From: Nocardioidaceae bacterium | GTDB taxonomy: Bacteria; Actinomycetota; Actinomycetes; Propionibacteriales; Nocardioidaceae | Assembly: GCA_036259355.1 (NCBI GenBank) | Contig: DATABY010000046.1 | Coordinates: 1,290-65,289, forward strand | Length of the DNA: 64,000 nt | Direction: 5' to 3' | Shown: positions 61,923 to 64,000 of the stretch, in pieces | Numbering within the stretch: position 1 is the first letter of the stretch | Layout of the letters: each line of letters starts with the position of its first letter | Notes under the pieces: model-generated | Seen by the model: only the letters and a program-made list of their open reading frames with translations | What the model was told of the DNA's origin: nothing | Databases searched by the model: none | Position numbers and translations under genes: made by a program

Positions 61923-64000
61923 TCAGGCCGCGGTGACGCGCGGCGCGGTGGCCAGCCGGTGGCCCAGGTCGGCGCCGGACTCCGGCCGGGCGAAGTGGTA
62001 ACCCTGCCCGAGGCGGCAGCCGAGCCGGTCCAGTGCGGCGAGCTGGTCGGCGTCCTCGATGCCCTCCGCGATCGGCTCCAGCGTCAGCGCCCGGGCCATG
62101 TTGATGATGCCTTCGGCCAGCGCCTGTCCCTCCGGGCTGCTGATCCGGTCCACGAACGTCTTGTCGATCTTGATCTGGTCGATCGGGAACTGCTGCAGGT
62201 ACGCCAGCGACGAGTACCCGGTGCCGAAGTCGTCGATCGCGAGGTGCACGCCGATCTTCTTCAGCTCCTCGAGCCGGCCGATGGTCGCCGCCACGTCGGA
62301 GACCATCGTGCTCTCGGTGATCTCGAGCATCAGGCGGTGCGGCTCGATGCCGTGCCTCTTCAGCGCCTCCGCCACCACGGTGGGCAGCGCGGAGTCGGTG
62401 AGCTGCCGCGCCGACAGGTTGACGCTGAGCTTGAGCTCGGTGGCGACCGCGCCGGCGACGGTGTCCTGCCAGTGCCGCAGCTGCCGGCAGCCCTCGTCGA
62501 GGGCCCAGGCGCCCAGGGCGCCGATCAGGCCGCTCTGCTCGGCCACCGGGATGAACTCCATCGGCGGGATCATCCCCCGCTCGGGGTGGTTCCAGCGCAT
62601 CAGGGCCTCGACGCCCACCAGGGACGTGCCGTCCAGGCTGTACACCGGTTGGTAGTGCAGGCTCAGCTCGCCGCGCTGCAGGGCCCCGCGCAGGTCGCTC
62701 TCGAGGCGGAGCCGGTCGTCGGCTGCGCCGTGCATGCTCGGGTCGTAGACGCAGACGCGGTCCTTGCCGCCGTGCTTGGCGCGGTACATCGCCAGGTCGG
62801 CGCTGCGCAGCAGCTCGGGCCCGTTGGCGCGCCCGTCGGCGAAGGCGACGCCGACACTGGCGGTGAGGAACAGGTCGAGGCCGTCATGCGTGAACGCCGG
62901 GCGCATGGAGCATAGGATCCGCTCGGCGACACCAAGCGCCTGCCCGGGGCTGTCGGCGTCGACCAGGATCGCGAACTCGTCGCCGCCCAGACGCGCGGCG
63001 GTGTCGCCCCGGCGCAGACAGAGCCGAAGCCGCTCGGCGGCCGAACGCAGGACCTCGTCGCCGACCTCGTGACCGAGAGTGTCGTTGACGCCCTTGAACC
63101 CGTCGAGGTCGATCAGCACCAGCGCCAGCTGCATGCCCTTGCGCCGGCCGCGCACCAGGGCCTGCTCCAGGCGGTCGCCGAGCAGCACGCGGTTGGGCAG
63201 GCCGGTGAGCGCGTCGTGCAGGGCCTGGTGAGCCAGGTCGCCCTGGCTGCGTTCGAGGTCGGCGGCCATCTCGTTGAGGGCGTCGCCGAACTCCGCGAAC
63301 TCGTCGCGTCGGTCCAGCTCGACGCGGTGTGACAGCGCCCCGTCGCTCAGGACGCCCACCGCCTCCCGCAGCCGGTGCAGCGGGCGTACGACCGACCGGA
63401 CCAGCACGAAGCCGCCGGCGACAGCGATGAGGAGACCCAACAGCGCGATCGCGATCACGGCGGTACGAGTGCGATCCTCCAGGGCCTTGGCGGCCGCGTA
63501 CTCGGACAGCATGTCGGCGCGGGAGATGCGCTCCGCCCGTTCGAGCGCCTCCACGGCGGCGTCGGTGTTCTGCTGGATGACCTGTGACTGCTGGGTGGTC
63601 TGTGCCGAGGGGTCGAGCTCGAGGTTCTCGGGCCGGGTGGCGAGGAAGACGTCGAAGGCGAGCACGGTGCGCTGGGCGCTGCCGCTGGCACTGGCGACGA
63701 GCCCACGCTCCTCGTTCAGTGCTTCCTTCTGCAGGGAGTCGAAGGCAGCGACCATCTCGGCCTTCGCGCGCTCGTACCGGGCGAGCGCCTCCTCCTCCGG
63801 GTTCCAGACGGCGTACAGGCCGTTGCGCTCCACCCGAAGCACGAGGCCCTGCAGCCGCACCAGCGGGATCGTGTCGTACAGCGCCTCGTCGGCGGTGCCG
63901 GTGAACCGATCGAGGGTGCCCTCCATCGCCAGCGTCGAGATGCCGGCCAGTGCCAGCATCGGCAGCAGCATCGCCGCGACGCTGAGCACCACCCGTGCAC
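61923..64000 (-). CDS. Membrane sensor with HAMP-GGDEF-EAL domains (diguanylate cyclase/phosphodiesterase); N-terminus at or beyond the window end
   Basis: TM, helical sensor, TM and HAMP. RRGD I-site 5 aa before GGDEF. EAL motifs (VEALMRW, DDFGTGYSSL). The reading frame is still open at 64000. Confidence 0.85.
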   Translation of the reverse strand, partial: ARVVLSVAAMLLPMLALAGISTLAMEGTLDRFTGTADEALYDTIPLVRLQGLVLRVERNGLYAVWNPEEEALARYERAKAEMVAAFDSLQKEALNEERGLVASASGSAQRTVLAFDVFLATRPENLELDPSAQTTQQSQVIQQNTDAAVEALERAERISRADMLSEYAAAKALEDRTRTAVIAIALLGLLIAVAGGFVLVRSVVRPLHRLREAVGVLSDGALSHRVELDRRDEFAEFGDALNEMAADLERSQGDLAHQALHDALTGLPNRVLLGDRLEQALVRGRRKGMQLALVLIDLDGFKGVNDTLGHEVGDEVLRSAAERLRLCLRRGDTAARLGGDEFAILVDADSPGQALGVAERILCSMRPAFTHDGLDLFLTASVGVAFADGRANGPELLRSADLAMYRAKHGGKDRVCVYDPSMHGAADDRLRLESDLRGALQRGELSLHYQPVYSLDGTSLVGVEALMRWNHPERGMIPPMEFIPVAEQSGLIGALGAWALDEGCRQLRHWQDTVAGAVATELKLSVNLSARQLTDSALPTVVAEALKRHGIEPHRLMLEITESTMVSDVAATIGRLEELKKIGVHLAIDDFGTGYSSLAYLQQFPIDQIKIDKTFVDRISSPEGQALAEGIINMARALTLEPIAEGIEDADQLAALDRLGCRLGQGYHFARPESGADLGHRLATAPRVTAA

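Overview
Very GC-rich actinobacterial chromosomal segment. By eye I found no rRNA, tRNA, CRISPR array, transposase or integrase. About 60 protein genes can be supported. Most long ORFs in the six-frame track are GC-driven antisense or out-of-frame artefacts. Positions 1-37.7 kb are mostly core genes. Their local order resembles, from memory, the M. tuberculosis Rv0474-Rv0491 and Rv3579c-Rv3583c blocks. This part holds the mrpA-C-D antiporter, a cysC-tauE-cysD-cysN sulfate-activation (PAPS) operon, XRE-hbhA-DUF2516, a decayed alpha/beta-hydrolase, a macro-domain protein, a BCCT transporter, typA, mshA, gpmA and phoU divergent from senX3-regX3. It also holds carD-ispD with ispF on the opposite strand, a 4.4 kb inserted or rearranged block (membrane-anchored Mo-oxidoreductase, two unknown proteins, secreted C39-like peptidase), cysS-rlmB, an S9 peptidase coupled to a DUF4032 kinase-like protein, soxR and csbD. 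Positions 37.7-61.9 kb form a steroid/cholesterol uptake and side-chain degradation cluster. It has five KstR-type palindromic operators (TAGAACACGTTCTA-like), each in front of a transcription unit: PPOX-fdxD, yrbE4AB-mce4ABCDEF-mas, hsd4A-SDR, kstR with a divergent unit, and fadE34 plus an igr-like operon (chsH2, chsH1, ltp2). Three points look most worth follow-up. (1) A glycosyltransferase, methyltransferase and terpenoid-cyclase-fold cassette sits between kstR and fadE34 and is bracketed by two KstR operators. (2) The FadE28-like and FadE29-like acyl-CoA dehydrogenase subunits are fused into one 773-aa ORF. (3) The APS kinase carries a degenerate ATP-sulfurylase-like N-domain. All family assignments rest on motif and sequence recognition by eye. 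No searches were run.
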